Notes: generated from the letters alone by a model not told the origin. A stretch of 64,000 nucleotides of DNA from Octopus sinensis (GCF_006345805.1 NW_021834228.1:8947-72946), one strand, 5' to 3'. Positions 28,546 through 43,075 are shown, counted from the stretch's first letter. Translations and numbers: made by a program.

Positions 28546-29522
28546 AAGAAGTAATAATTACTAAATAGAAGACATATGTTAGTGAAAATTGTCGAGCGTT
28601 AGATCCAACTATCTCACTTCTTTCTCGCCGCCCGTAACACTTCCAATCATACAATGAGTCAGATAAGGAGGGACATTCTCTAGAAAGCAACACAGCGCTT
28701 CCTAAGAAATTGTAATAAGAGACATTGTCTGGATACATAGTGTTACCATTAAGAACAGGCTACTAATACTGAAAATGCAGTCTGTAGTATATATCGTGCT
28801 TATCGCAAAATGAAGTGCTTGGCACAGGTGTTTCACATAGTATCAAAACAAAATGAACGCGGTCCTGAAACGTAACTCAAGGCGGAATATATGAATAGAG
28901 CAATGAACTAGAGAAGGCGGAGTAATTATGCATGGTTTAGAGAGAAAATGTAGACCAAGACATGAAGTGCGAACGCTTTGTGTGCAAACTTCACATTTAA
29001 AATCCATTATCCAAAACTGGATAAAACTTTGACTGAATCATATCTTTAATTGAATTTTTCTACCTGAGTTTTTATACGAGGTCTACTATCAAGAAAGGAC
29101 AGTGGTAGTTGGCTACGGTATAGAATGCCATTGAAATATCTATGCATAGAATATCATCTCCGAAATTAGATAATGTAAGAACGGAGAGGAATTAGAGCAG
29201 TGATCTCGGAATACCGAATACGGAAATTTTATAGGTTCAAGTATGTCGCAAGTGGACCCAATCAGTTGCCGAGAGATAATTTGGAGTACAGGTGTGACTG
29301 CTCAGAATTCCATTAAGAAGAGAAAGTTGTGATAGAGTCAAATATATATCACAAACAACTCTTCAAGAATGGTGAAATCCAAAGAACAATGAAAGAGTGA
29401 TGAATGAATATTGAATGGAGATCATTTCGAAGAAAAGTGAAGGAAAGAAACCATGAAAATTATAAATGAAAGCCGATAAAGCATTCGTGTTTATTGAAAC
29501 TAATATCTCCTATAAACCCGCA

Positions 29523-29602
29523 ATATCTCCTATAAACCATGAATCACAGGAGCATATATATATATATATATGCTCCTGTGATTCATGGTTTATAGGAGAT
29601 AT
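29523..29602. repeat. Perfect palindrome centred on (AT)n
   Basis: ATATCTCCTATAAACCATGAATCACAGGAGC-(AT)9-GCTCCTGTGATTCATGGTTTATAGGAGATAT. Confidence 0.95.
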
Positions 29603-29619
29603 ATATATATATATACATT

Positions 29620-29653
<34 letters not shown>

Positions 29654-29746
29654 ATATTATATATATATATATGCACATACATATATATATACACATATAT
29701 ATACACATATATATATATACATTTATATACATATATATACATCCAT

Positions 29747-29817
<71 letters not shown>

Positions 29818-29824
29818 TCTATTA

Positions 29825-29866
<42 letters not shown>

Positions 29867-29878
29867 ATATATATATAT

Positions 29879-29955
<77 letters not shown>

Positions 29956-29971
29956 CGGACAGACAGACAGG

Positions 29972-30051
<80 letters not shown>

Positions 30052-31222
30052 GATATATAAGATTTTGCAAGATATGCGACTTTGTATCTTATCTGAGTGA
30101 TCATAATATGAAATTTAGTAGTCGAAACTTATTTAGAACTGCTATGCCGTTGCTATGAGGTTGATAAGTACGCTATAAGAAATATCAATTGTAGCGAAGT
30201 TTCAAGACTGACAAGGAGATCTAAAAGACGATTTGGAAACTGTTGTAGCTTCAGCAGTAAAGAATAAAAAGAAAAAAAAACACACACAAAATATGGAAAC
30301 ACGTATTGAAGTTGTTTAGATGAATTAAAGTGCGGATTTTTAGAATGTAAGGGTGAGGCATATATGCTGAAACTACAGCCAGTTCTTGGTACACGACCTT
30401 TTTGAAAGTTGTTTAAAGAAGACATAAAAAATGAGACTACTTTTTTCATATCATAGACCTAATTGAACGTGGAAGAACATTCTTTCAATGGGTTGAAATG
30501 TTGTAGTATCAGGAGTGTACACAGGAAATATATATCAATACATGGTTACACACACACACACACACTCACATATACACACACACAAACACTCACATATACA
30601 CACAGAGTCAAACTTATACAATATGTATGATCACTGTGCATTTATATGCAATGTATAACTATGAATATTTATATACATAGAAATTTATATATACACATAT
30701 GCATATATATGTACGTATGATGTACACATAAATACATACATACATATATATATGCATATCTTTTCATAATACTTGTGTAAACACATATCTATATAAATGT
30801 CCATTTCGTTTGATAAGTATGTATACATATTATTATCATGTATATATATATGTGTGCATTTGTGTCTGTGTGTGTAAGTATGCATGGAGGTAGATATGTA
30901 TGCATATAATTACGTATGTATGCATGTGTGAATATATGAATGTATAATACTTCAAAAGCCATATGATCTTTATAAACAACATAATTATATACGAGATAGG
31001 AATATACATATGTCTAAAACATCACACCAATTATCCACATCAAAATTGTAATGTTTGGTGAGAGACTTCTGATATCAATATTTTTACAACTTTTGGCGAA
31101 AATAAAAATCAATTGATGCTGTAATTCACACACAATGAAAAGTTATCAAGACAAACATCAATAGAAACAGTCACAGGAAAAAAGATGAAAAGTACATCAG
31201 ACACACACAGATACACACACGC

Positions 31223-31289
<67 letters not shown>

Positions 31290-31352
31290 TATATATATTT
31301 GTATATGTGTATATATATATATATATGCACACATACTTGTTTATGCACATGA

Positions 31353-31429
<77 letters not shown>

Positions 31430-31438
31430 TATATAATA

Positions 31439-31470
<32 letters not shown>

Positions 31471-31940
31471 AGTATGAATGCATATTTATGTTTCATGTAT
31501 GTAAGGTATAAAGATATCAGTATAGTAACTGAAATAACTAAAGGTGTCTGCAAAGAATGACGTCACAGGAGGTATATATATTGGATTATGAGTAGTAGCA
31601 ATAAAGCCAGAGATTGAAGTTCAAAAATTAAAATAATATAACTTTTATGTGAGTTATATCGCTGTCGGTAATAATCCGTTCTACTAAATGCACAAGACCT
31701 GAACAGTTCGGCGAGGTAATTAGTCGAACTCATTAGTAGCAATTTATCGATCCCGAAAGGATGATCTGGGAGGAATTTGAACTCAGTACGTAAAAACGGA
31801 CGCAATGCTGCCAAGAATATATTGCCCGCTTACTAAGGATTATGCCATCTCTCTTCTCTCATTTGATGGAATAATAGTACGTAAAAGATTACTTACAGAT
31901 TAACTGATTATTAATCTTGAGACTTCTAAAATTTATTTAA

Positions 31941-32162
31941 CCTTTTCGTTACTGTATTTATTTTGAGATGCTCCGTGTTTCTTTCAATTACTTTAAATAT
32001 AAACAAAGAATTTAGTAAAATAAATTAGTTATCATTCAACTAGTGTCAGGAACACAAATTGTGACTGAGGTTTGGTGGAAGATTTTAATTAAAACCTTAA
32101 GAAAATAACACATTTGTACAACAGAGCCAGAGCCGGTTTCAGTCAGGTTGGTAACGAAAGGG
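31941..32162. mobile_element. piggyBac-type MITE with TTAA TSD
   Basis: TTAA|CCTTTTCGTTAC ... GTAACGAAAGGG|TTAA (TTAA at 31937-40 and 32163-66). Confidence 0.85.
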
Positions 32163-32429
32163 TTAAGGAATCATAATCGTAATGATATACTAGCATTGGC
32201 CAAATATATACAGTATCGACTTTTGATATATACAGGATCAATATTTTGTATATATATTGCCTCTTCGGTTACGTTTGCAGGCCACTTAAATTTTTTAAAA
32301 GATAATTATAACTTAGGGGAATTTGGAAACATGTACATATTCAAAAGATGGATGTGAGTAATTATGTACATGTAGATTGGAATTAGGTACATAGATTATA
32401 AATAACTTACGTGCATATATAGATATATA

Positions 32430-32592
32430 GGCGCAGGAGTGGCTGTGTGGTAAGTAGCTTGCTAACGAACCACATGGCTCCGGGTTCAGTCTCACTGCGT
32501 GGCATCTTGGGCAAGTGTCCTCTGCTATAGCCCCGGGCCGACCAATGCCTTGTGAGTGGATTTGGTAGACGGAAACTGAAAGAAGCCTGTCG

Positions 32593-32633
<41 letters not shown>

Positions 32634-32852
32634 TTGTGTGTCTGTGTCTGTTCCCCTAGCATTGCTTGACAACTGATGCTGGTGTGTTTAGGTCCCCGTC
32701 ACTTAGCGGTTCGGCAAAAAGAGACCGATAGAATAAGTACTGGGCTTACAAAAAGAATAAGTCCCGGGGTCGATTTGCTCGACTAAAGGCGGTGCTCCAG
32801 CATGGCCGCAGTCAAATGACTGAAACAAGTAAAAGAGTAAAAGAGTAAAAGA

Positions 32853-32855
<3 letters not shown>
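32430..32855 (+). mobile_element. SINE-A, full length, in TA context
   Basis: Runs GGCGCAGGAGTGGCTGTGTGG to a (GTAAAAGA)n tail. Confidence 0.92.
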
Positions 32856-32890
<35 letters not shown>

Positions 32891-33344
32891 TTATATCAGT
32901 GTATATATTCATATACGTATGTACACATGGATATATACAGAAAGATATAGATAGATATATAGAGAGACAGAAAGAGGGAGATAAATGCGATTTCAGTAAA
33001 TATATTTTTTCTATCAACATTAAAATATATATTGCTGAGATTTAGACAGGATTAAATATCTGACAAATTTCGGAATTATATATATATATGAAACTAACCT
33101 ATGTATATATAAATGAATAGACATTCAGCCGTCTATCTAAGCAGAGGAATTGATGTATTTTATATATCTGTAGACCTGTCTCTCTAACCTCTCATGTCAG
33201 CAATGTCATGGAATACGGAGCCAAGGAGAAACTATTTATTTTCCTTGAAGATAATGAATTGTTTACTGTATCCATCATGACTTCTGCTCAGGAAGAAGCC
33301 GCTTTACACAGCCTGTGCCTCATTATGATTCTGTGTTGAAACAA

Positions 33345-34230
33345 AGAAATGAATCGTGGATGTAACATATCGCGATTTTGCAAAGGTCTTTGATACGTTT
33401 GGTCAAGGGGTAATATGTCACAAGCTATGGAGACTTGGCACAGCCGGAGAACATAGCGTTGTTGCTTGACTTCTTAACATTCATGAAGCTGTCTGTGCTA
33501 TCTAATGGAGCCTTTCCAAGGAGACAGTAATAGAGAGTGAAGTGCTCATGGGAACTGTATTAGGGCCGCCTCTGTTCATGGTTGCTATTTCAGACATGCC
33601 GTCACACAGACAGCAAAAGCTGCCGCAACAATGTTATTTTGACCTAAATGAGTGGCAATCCCAGATTCACATACGGTGCTTGATCTAGCAATTGATATGA
33701 TCAACGATGCCACGGTTCGAATGCATGTCACCAAGATGGTGGCAGTGTGCAGGTAAATGGCCGGATGGATTATCAGAAATTTCGGAACAAGGGACCAGGA
33801 AACTATGCTGGTTCTATGGAAGATATTTTTCTAAGCCGTCTAGACTATTGCTCTCAACTGTGGTCACCCTACAGGGTCAGATTAACACCGGAACTTGAGA
33901 CAGTTTGGCGATGTTAAACAAAGAATATTGTTCCAATAGAGCAGATCAGCTACTGAGAGACACTGAAAGAACGACAAATCCCTGGAGCAAAGATTATTCA
34001 GTGATAAATATATGTATGGAAGATCCTGGTGGAGCTGGCACCAATCATTTGAATCTAGAGATATACGAGACAAGGAACTGAATGACACTGGAGAGTGGAC
34101 CATGTACTGAAATAGCTATAGATAAAAAGTCCCTCAGTAATTCCATGCTTTGTTAAAACATCTGATAGTTCTTCATTGGGCAGGGGTAGATGTTTTCAAG
34201 AAACAGATGAAGCTCCCGCTAATCTAGGTC
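33345..34230 (+). pseudogene. Heavily decayed CR1/L2-group reverse transcriptase
   Basis: VDVTYRDFAKVFDTFGQGVICHKL (the DFAKAFD motif) and VLMGTVLGPPLFMVAISDMP (the PQGTVLGPLLF motif), with many stops and frameshifts. Confidence 0.8.
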
Positions 34231-34430
34231 TGAAATTAACCAATTTCAAGATCAAAACAAAGTAGGAGTATCAGGCTCTTTTTTTCATCGAAAGCCAATC
34301 ACATAGGTTTGGGCGTTAAATAGCTGATCACACTAGCGGTGCTCTATCTGGGCAAGAGCCTTGGAGCGAAAACATGTAATAACATAATGTGTGAAAGAAT
34401 ATATATAAGTAGATATGTGTATATATATAT

Positions 34431-34497
<67 letters not shown>

Positions 34498-34599
34498 ATC
34501 AATATAGGGTGGCAAAAAATTTAGTAGAATTTTTTGCCACCAGCGGCCTAGTGGGTGAATGGCCTATTATGGCCGTTCCTTGATTGTGATGATATATAT

Positions 34600-34632
<33 letters not shown>

Positions 34633-34676
34633 CATACATATATATGTATATATATATATATATTATATATATATGC

Positions 34677-34714
<38 letters not shown>

Positions 34715-35049
34715 ATATATATATTATATATATATATATATCTATATATATATATATATATATCAGTTTGTGAATTGGTAGATTACAATATATGTGTTTG
34801 ATTATGTGCTTGCATGTGTGCGTGTATTTCTGCGTGTGTGTGCATGTGTGTGTTTTATGTATATTGGCTGTAAGACAGATAGTTTAGATAATTGCACGCT
34901 TACACCATTGTTGCATGCGTTGGTAAAACGAAGGCACGTATATATGTATATACATATATGCATCAATACCAATGGGTATAACATATTTTGTATATACACA
35001 TATGTGTCTATTTTCATCAACATATATATATATATTATATATATATAAT

Positions 35050-35445
35050 AATAATATTAGGGAATATATCCAAATTTACAGGGAAAAAAATCAGATTTAG
35101 GATTAATCCAATTTTATAGTAAAATATTATAAATATTATTGAGACAAAACCACTATTTTGCAAAACAAACAAGGAAAGACTTAATCAATACATAAAATTT
35201 AATAAATAGTCAAAAAAACCGCCACTACATCGTTTCTTGTCTTAATCGACAATCTTCAGGTGGACTTCCAATAATTCAGTTACAATTATGAAGTTTGTAA
35301 CTGAATTATTGGAAGTCCACCTGAAGATTGTCGATTAAGACAAGAAAACGATTGTAGTGGCGGTTTTTTTGACTATTTATTAAATTTTATGTATTGATTA
35401 AGTCTTTCCTTGTTTGTTTTGCAAAATAGTGGTTTTGTCTCAATA
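35050..35445. mobile_element. HHR family 1 head-to-head palindrome carrying two hammerheads
   Basis: Arms 35137-35285 and 35295-35445 are nearly identical; HHRs at 35222-35263 (-) and 35317-35360 (+). Confidence 0.85.
35317..35360 (+). ncRNA. Minimal type-I hammerhead ribozyme
   Basis: CCAC-CTGAAGA-TTGTC GATTAA GACAA-GAAA(A)-CGATTG-TA-GTGG; mirror copy on minus at 35222-35263. Confidence 0.85.
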
Positions 35446-35471
35446 TATTTATATATATATTATATATATAT

Positions 35472-35700
35472 AACGGGAAGCTTTATGAAAATAAACAAAA
35501 GACGAAGGCAGGTGGAAAACAAACGAACAATTGTATTAGTATGGCGCTCAGGAAATATAAATAAAACAAGTCTTTAACGTTTCGAGCCTACGCTCTTCAA
35601 CAGAAAGATACACAGAGAGAGAAAAACACAGAAAGAAGGAGAAAAAAAAATGCGTGCAGTAGCTAACGAATCAACATGGCGATCTGATTTCGGCCAGAGG

Positions 35701-35702
<2 letters not shown>
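35472..35702 (-). mobile_element. PLE-like short repeat (HHR family 3) between (TA)n tracts
   Basis: Homologous to 44228-44419, and around the HHR-like motif to 47945-48145 and 50040-50180. Confidence 0.7.
35572..35607 (-). ncRNA. Hammerhead-like motif, variant core CUGUUGAA
   Basis: CTTT-CTGTTGAA-GAGC GTAG GCTC-GAAA-CG-TT-AAAG. Confidence 0.55.
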
Positions 35703-35773
<71 letters not shown>

Positions 35774-37710
35774 TAGTTGATATATATATTTACCTATGAG
35801 TATATGGATGTGTGTATTTATGTAAATATACATGTATGTAAAATTGTATGTGTGTATATCATTGATAACTAATCTAGTGTCAAATAAAACGTGTTGAAAT
35901 ATGTGAATACGTGTAGAAATTATTTCTATTAACGAAATAACAATTCACAGCTTGACACTTCTCGCATACAGTTACAATACCAACGCAAAATACCTCTTAT
36001 ATTAATGTCTATCTTATTGCAAGCGTGTTCATAAATAAATTGTACAAACTTTAAAAAAAATATATCGATATATTCTATATACTACACAGTTATATGTTCA
36101 TAAAGATATACGACTTGATATCAGCTTACGAATCAATATAATTTATATTTATTGTAATTCTCTGTATGATTATTTCGTCAGATAATATATCAATGTAATA
36201 TACAAATATTAACTTAAATCTCCGTTCATTAACGAATTTGTCTGAATAATATTCTGAATATTTGTTTAGGTATGGGTTGTTTTGGTTCCGGTAGATGTTT
36301 TATATTTGATAATTAATAAACTTATAACACTCGTTCACATACAGACACACATGCACACAAACACACATAAATACACACATACAAACTGACGCAAATATAC
36401 ACACATGCCCGCAGACACACTCGCACGTTCACCGTTAAACAGTAAAACATACGTTTTTATATACATGTATACGTAGAAATTTACGTGTATGTCTATGTGT
36501 GTATGTGTGTGTGTTTTATGTATTTTTAGGCAAATAATTTACTCTAGATACATATACCTATCTATCCTTACGTACATATATACGTACATAAATATGATAC
36601 ATGCATATCCGTATTATGTACGTCTCCGTATGTTAACATGCGTATTTCTCGATATTTTATATGGGCGGGTGTTTGTATGCGCGTGTATGTATGTGTTTTA
36701 ATATGTGGAACGGAAATCCGTATATATTTGTAGTGCAAACTAATAGTTATATTGATATTAATGCATAAAACTATTGTTACAATAAAATTTTTGCGATACA
36801 TAGCCTGAATTTTCAAATTAATTTTGTTAATAAAGAACAATTTAGGAATAGAATATTATGTATACTGAATTCGTGTTTGGCACAAACACTTAAAATAATA
36901 TATTGACTAATAATTTAATGGTTTTTTTTAAAATATTTTCACATGACATTAAAATATGAATGACGTATATGTGTTTCGAATAGGAAAAATGTCTTCCGAA
37001 AGTGGTTTTCACGAGGCTATAACATAGCGTATATTTTCCTATTAAAATACGTTAGAACTTATATACCACTACAGTATGATAGTAGCAAAACTATCGTTTA
37101 CCTCTCGCATTTACTGCAAACTACAGGTTCAGTATAATTGATGTAAACTTAATCTTTGACTGTACTTGTCCACAAGCTAAATTCATAATAGTATGAAATA
37201 TTCTAAGATATTTTTTACTTACTTTCGGCGCCTGTTTTATTTCTATTATCTTATTCTTCCGCTTATTGCAATGAAAACATACAGAAGACATTGACCAAGT
37301 GGATTTTCAAGGAATATATCGAACGAAACACTAATTTGGAGCTATTTGAAAGAAAATATAATTCTCTACACTTACATAAACCCTTATTCTTCACAATAGG
37401 TACGAGTGTGCATGTTTGTGCGTCGATGGGTATTTCTGTGTGTATTTATATAAAAACGCAGATACAAACGGCCATAGAGGAGGAGATGAAGTTTCTTTAT
37501 ATATACAGGACAACGAAGCGCTCAGGACATTTGATCAATAGGAAAAAGAGGAAAATATTGATGAGAAACAGAAGGCTGGTTACCCCAAAGCTTATAATAA
37601 AATATATTCCATTATAAAAATTGTGCACATAATCATACAATAAAAGAATATAGAAGTACTGGCAGAGATACACGGTGTTGCTAGGGATTAAAATGGTAAT
37701 TATATATATA

Positions 37711-37754
<44 letters not shown>

Positions 37755-37802
37755 AAACAAGTCAAGATAGAAAATCCTAAAATAAATTTATAAAGAACAT
37801 TT

Positions 37803-37839
37803 CAGTACCGGTTTCGGCCATTTGAGACCTTTTCAACTG
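37803..37839 (-). ncRNA. Hammerhead-like motif, U3-A8 variant (family 4)
   Basis: CAG-TTGAAAA-GGTC TCAAAT GGCC-GAAA-CCGG-TA-CTG; element spans ~37751-37955 between (TA)n tracts. Confidence 0.7.
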
Positions 37840-39350
37840 TAACAATTGAATAATTAAATTTAGAAAAATTAGAAGAAAAGTTTTTTTTAAAAGTATATTT
37901 GAATAGTGTTCAACTATAAGTGCCATTTTCCTTGTTTCTGCCTTTCTCTGTTTCTATATATATATATATAACAAGTGAAAGACAGAACATGGAATAAACG
38001 AGAATATATTAATAATATATTCTCGTTTATTCCATCTTCTGTCTTTCATTCGTTATTTACCTAATGAACACTCTGAAATGACTATGCTTTACCAGTAAGC
38101 TACCAGGTGTAAACCATTCGTTTTGTATACATATATATATGTTACACTTATGTTCAGGCGGTCAGCGCTGCGTCTAACGCGACCCATATTATGATTGATA
38201 GTCAAATGAATGGAGGTGTAATGGGGATTTTGTACATAAATGGGTACATTACGGAAATAGGGTGCAATGGGGGACGACAACGGGGATATGAACTGCTGAA
38301 ATCATGCAGAATGCGAAGGTTTTTCATTGGATTGCTAGTGTGGCTGTAGAATAACGAACGTAAAGTGAGCCTTTGCTGTCGCATGAGAATATGTAATAAT
38401 GAATTGCTTGAAAAAAATAACGCATAATGTCCTACCGCTTGGTATGTATACAGCATGTCTGTATTTGTGTATGCAGTGTAAATTATAGGAAATATAAGCA
38501 AATGAACGAAATAGAAGCACATGTATGGAACTGGTAATTTAACAGTAAATTCCACAATAATTATTAAAAAGAAGCAGAGAAATATGTATATATATATATG
38601 ATAATTTTCTTAATCTAAGGGCAAATATGTAATTGAAAACTACTTTGCAACCTTGCAACTGCTGCGACGATTATTAACTAATTATGGAATACTAAAAGTG
38701 TATTTGTATATATATGTATTGGATCTTGCGTCACACAGAACAAGATGTAGATTATAGGCACACCTACAAAAAAACATACGTTCTTATCTCTCTCTCTCTT
38801 TCTATCTATCTAACTATCTCTCCAACTATATATCTATGCATCTGTCTATCTATGCATCTATCTATATATGCATGTATGTGCATTTACACATAAACATAGA
38901 CAGACAAAGCGGAAGATAATAGAAACATTCGATACTAGTTGGATACATGCCTTGCTACATCTAGGAAAGGATATTTAGAAAGAGAAAGCGAATACTTTAA
39001 ATATATATATATACGTATTTATATATAAAAATACATACACACACACATATATATATATATATGCATATGCATGTATGTATATATATGTATATACATACAC
39101 ATATAAACATAACCATGTAGGGACTTTTCTGTGAATGTTTGCATACATGTATATATTGATGGATTGGTGCGCACACATATGTATATATATATGTCCTTCT
39201 ATGTGTAAGGAGTTATGTTTGGAATTGTAACCTGTATAAGCAGATACACACACACTTATGAAAATACGCAGTCATACATATATGACGGCGTGTGTATCGT
39301 TGGCGATTTTCTTTCTCCGTCTCCCCTTCCTTTGACCTTTCCTTTTTCTA

Positions 39351-39385
39351 TATTTTGACGAGGAGCGCCGCACGAAATGTTAAAT
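39351..39385 (+). ncRNA. Decayed hammerhead-like motif in a short repeat
   Basis: ATTT-TGACGA-GGAGCGCCGCAC-GAAA-TG-TT-AAAT. C3 is missing and stem II is broken. The downstream TTCCTGAGCG..AATAAC resembles family 3. Confidence 0.35.
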
Positions 39386-39577
39386 CCTCCTTCTTTATTT
39401 CGTTTCCTGAGCGTCCAATAACACTATACTTGTTCCACGTCCTCAAGTTGTGTTTTCTCTTTGTATTTTCATGTTTGGATTAACTATATATATATAGAGA
39501 GAGAGAGATAGATATAGATATATATATACGTATATACATATATAAACACATATAAATTCATATAATTATATATATGT

Positions 39578-39645
<68 letters not shown>

Positions 39646-41093
39646 AAGAGAGAGAGAGAGAGAAATAGAGATGGAATCCTGTATACATATATATATACAG
39701 ATATAAACATATATATTTACATATATATATATATATGTGTGTGTATGTGTGTGTGTATACATAATGCACACACTCACACACACATATACATACACACACA
39801 CGCACACATATATACACACACATTTATATGTACACACACATAACCAAATATATGTATTATCTTAAAATAATATTCATTGGGAATATGCCAAGAAGAAATA
39901 TTTTCTATTGAGAATAAATGTTTCCCTTGATATATTAGATTTTCTTTTTTTGTTACTATGTCTACTTTGAATAACGTTCTTTGTTATAAAGAAAAATCTT
40001 TGAATATTTTATCGCAAATATTTTGTTGTTGAAATGGTTGTACATATTTCTGAAAACATGTTTAGGCTTAACTCCAATTCTTCACTCCAAAATTTCTCTC
40101 AACTCTATTCGAAAGGAATTTCTTTTTATATATTTTTCGGATTCCTGATGTGTGTATCTTGTATAAGACTGTATTCAACCAGATCTGATACTTTTCTGCA
40201 GATCTTCGGCTTTAACCGCCGGACCCATTTCCAAACTCCCGTCTAATGAAGCAGCGGCTATCATAGCACTATTCCTATGATGTTTCAATCGTGTACTGTA
40301 TTTAATTTTGGCGGATATGGAATCATTATTTTTTGGAACAGCAGTAATAACGCAACAACTCCATTTTCAGATCCAAGTATCCTTTATATAATCGTTCGCC
40401 TTCACAGATTTTTACTAAAACATCTAGTTTTAGACATAAATCTTGCTTCAACTCATAAACAGTAAGAAAGTGTTGCATGATTCTGTGTGCCAAACAGGAA
40501 AAAGAAAAAACAAAGGCAAACATATCTTTTTCTCTTAAGGTAATTTTCATATCTCTTTTCAATTTAAATACCTGTAAAAACTTGTAAAATATTTGCCTCT
40601 CACCAAATAAATTTTACAATCTAATTATCGAAAATGCCGTTAAATATTCACATTGTTTCCCTTTACCGTGAGCATAAATTAATTCGAAATGCCCTTATTG
40701 CTTTTGTAAAACGAATGTACAAATGAAAAAACTATCGACGCCCTTCCTCCTTCCAAATCTAGTTGAAACATCATATGATCGTCCTTACACAAAACAAAAT
40801 TAATTGCAGTATTACCTCCATTGTAAAAGAAAACAATTCTTACCTGGAGATATATCAAATACCATAATTATATATTTTACTATATGATTTAAGGTTTAAA
40901 TTAACGGAATGATATAAAAAAAATACAAGGCAATGAAAGTTGTCAGAACATTTACAAAGAGATTTTTCAGCTTTTCCTGGAAATTTTATATATCCCTTCA
41001 TCAGAAACGGTGCAAGAAAATGTTTGATAGTTATTATAGAGATGTGAAATACAGAGTGAAGTAGAGGAATGAAAACAGACGTTAGATATGTAA

Positions 41094-41155
<62 letters not shown>

Positions 41156-41198
41156 TATATATATATAATATATATATATATATATTATATATATATAT

Positions 41199-41231
<33 letters not shown>

Positions 41232-41304
41232 CATAAAACAACACATTGGCCAACCGACGCTATATTATTTGATGACTGTGTCATTGATGATTTAATTTGT
41301 CTCA

Positions 41305-41500
41305 GGTGGTGAGCTGGCAGAACAGTTAGCACGCCTGGCGAAATAATTAGTGGTATTTCGTCTGCCTTTACGTTCTATGTTCAAATTCCGCCGAGGTCGA
41401 CTTTGCTTTTCATCATTTCGGTGTCAATCAATTAAAGTACATGTTGCGTACTGGGATCGATCTAATCCACCCCTCCGCAAAAATTTGTGCCGAGAGAAGA
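41305..41500 (+). mobile_element. SINE-B 5' part
   Basis: GGTGGTGAGCTGGCAGAA...GTTCAAATTCCGCCGAGGTCGACTTTGC. Confidence 0.85.
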
Positions 41501-42649
41501 AAATAATTTCTTACTCCTGTCATCATAGTCTACATGGTTATATACCTACACACACAAACACTTGCATAAACTCATATATTTGTACACCACCTCATATTCC
41601 AACTGATATCCATTGGTTTGAATAAAATAACATTTTTCGTGTCCTGAGTTTCAGACGTGATACACAAGGCATATTTCCCTAGTGTCGATGAATTATGTAT
41701 TATACATGTTCCTAATTTGGGTTCAACCACCGGTGAAACGTGGGACTTATGAAGCGAAAATTTCATGTAAGTCGAAACGTATGGAAAAAGACTAACTGTA
41801 ATCCTGAAAAAAAAATCGTGAATGTTTGGAGCAAATTTATGAAATGTTTTCGGAAATGCAAAGAGATAAAGTTAGACTTCTTTTTACTACTTTTAAGGTA
41901 ACAAACGCATATCATTCTAATGACAAGACAATAAATAAAATACGAATAAAATGAATGTAGATATTGCAATAAACGAAGATTTTGTCTTTGCAACAAATTA
42001 AGTTGACGCAATTTTTTAAATCATTTAAGGCAATTACATATGAAGACATTTATCAGAATGACATAAGACAACTGCGTCAGCAAAAAAGTTATTCACATGA
42101 ACGTTGATCCTATTTTAGGTGCATCTGGCAGAATTGTTAAGAGTAAAGATGAGAAAATTAAAATTAAGATGACTGATAAAAATGCCAATTGCAGTAGGGC
42201 AACAAAAGCGTTATATATTTATCCATTATATATTGCGGACTAATTTTTAGAGGAAAAAAATCCTAGTAAAGGAGTTATAATATAAATACTATTAGCAAAT
42301 TTTTAACAATATTAATGAAACGAGATCACTAATCTAACGGGAATGTTCGAAGGTAGAATAAATTTTTAGTATCATTTGTTCATCATAATTTTTTTATACA
42401 TTATTCTTTTTTTCATCTACTGAAAAATAAAATCGACATCGGAAACATCAGACCACGGAGTGTGGAACTATACTGCTGAGATGCTGCATTAGCTTTTGGG
42501 TGTAGAATGAGTATGATATGAGTTGTTAAATTCTCCACTAATGTAATAGTTACACTTATAACTTAGAAAGCGCTTGTTCGGTTATTTTAACTATTTGCAA
42601 ATACTTTAGAAATCCGTTCCATTATATATATATATATATATATATATAT

Positions 42650-42754
42650 GCTAAAAAGCATTCGTGAAGTAAAACCATGTAGCAACACCAAATGGCGATG
42701 CCCCAGCATGGCCACAGCTCGTGAGCTGAAACTAGAATCAATCAATCAATCAAT
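42650..42754 (+). mobile_element. 3' stub of CR1/L2-group LINE with (ATCA)n tail
   Basis: Matches ~57555-57640; stem-loop CAGCTC-GT-GAGCTG. Confidence 0.8.
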
Positions 42755-43044
42755 ATATATACCTTATTATTATTTTATTGTATTTTGTATTTATATTCGT
42801 GTAACATCGTCGTCCTTGTTTTCGTATACATTCGATGCTTCATATTCTAAGCTTAGCTTTTCCTTGGGGCTGGCCAGATTGGAGCAATCTCTAGACTAAT
42901 CAGCCGAAATTTCGAGGATGATCCGGTTCTTGATGGAGGATAGAAAGCTTCGAATGACCCGTCCTTGTTTTTTTGTATTGTCTATCTGGATGTTTTGTTG
43001 TCCATTTTTCTTTCACCTAGTTGTCCGGATGTTTTGCGTTCTTG

Positions 43045-43075
<31 letters not shown>

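Noticed and set aside
29075-29420. Possible decayed mariner 5' half (TACGAGGTCT, IRAVI)
   Set aside because: Too degenerate to support.
42860-42925. GGCTG..CAGCC-GAAA with a possible stem I TCCTTG/CGAGGA
   Set aside because: The CUGANGA core is absent. It may be a deleted HHR relic, but this cannot be supported from one copy.
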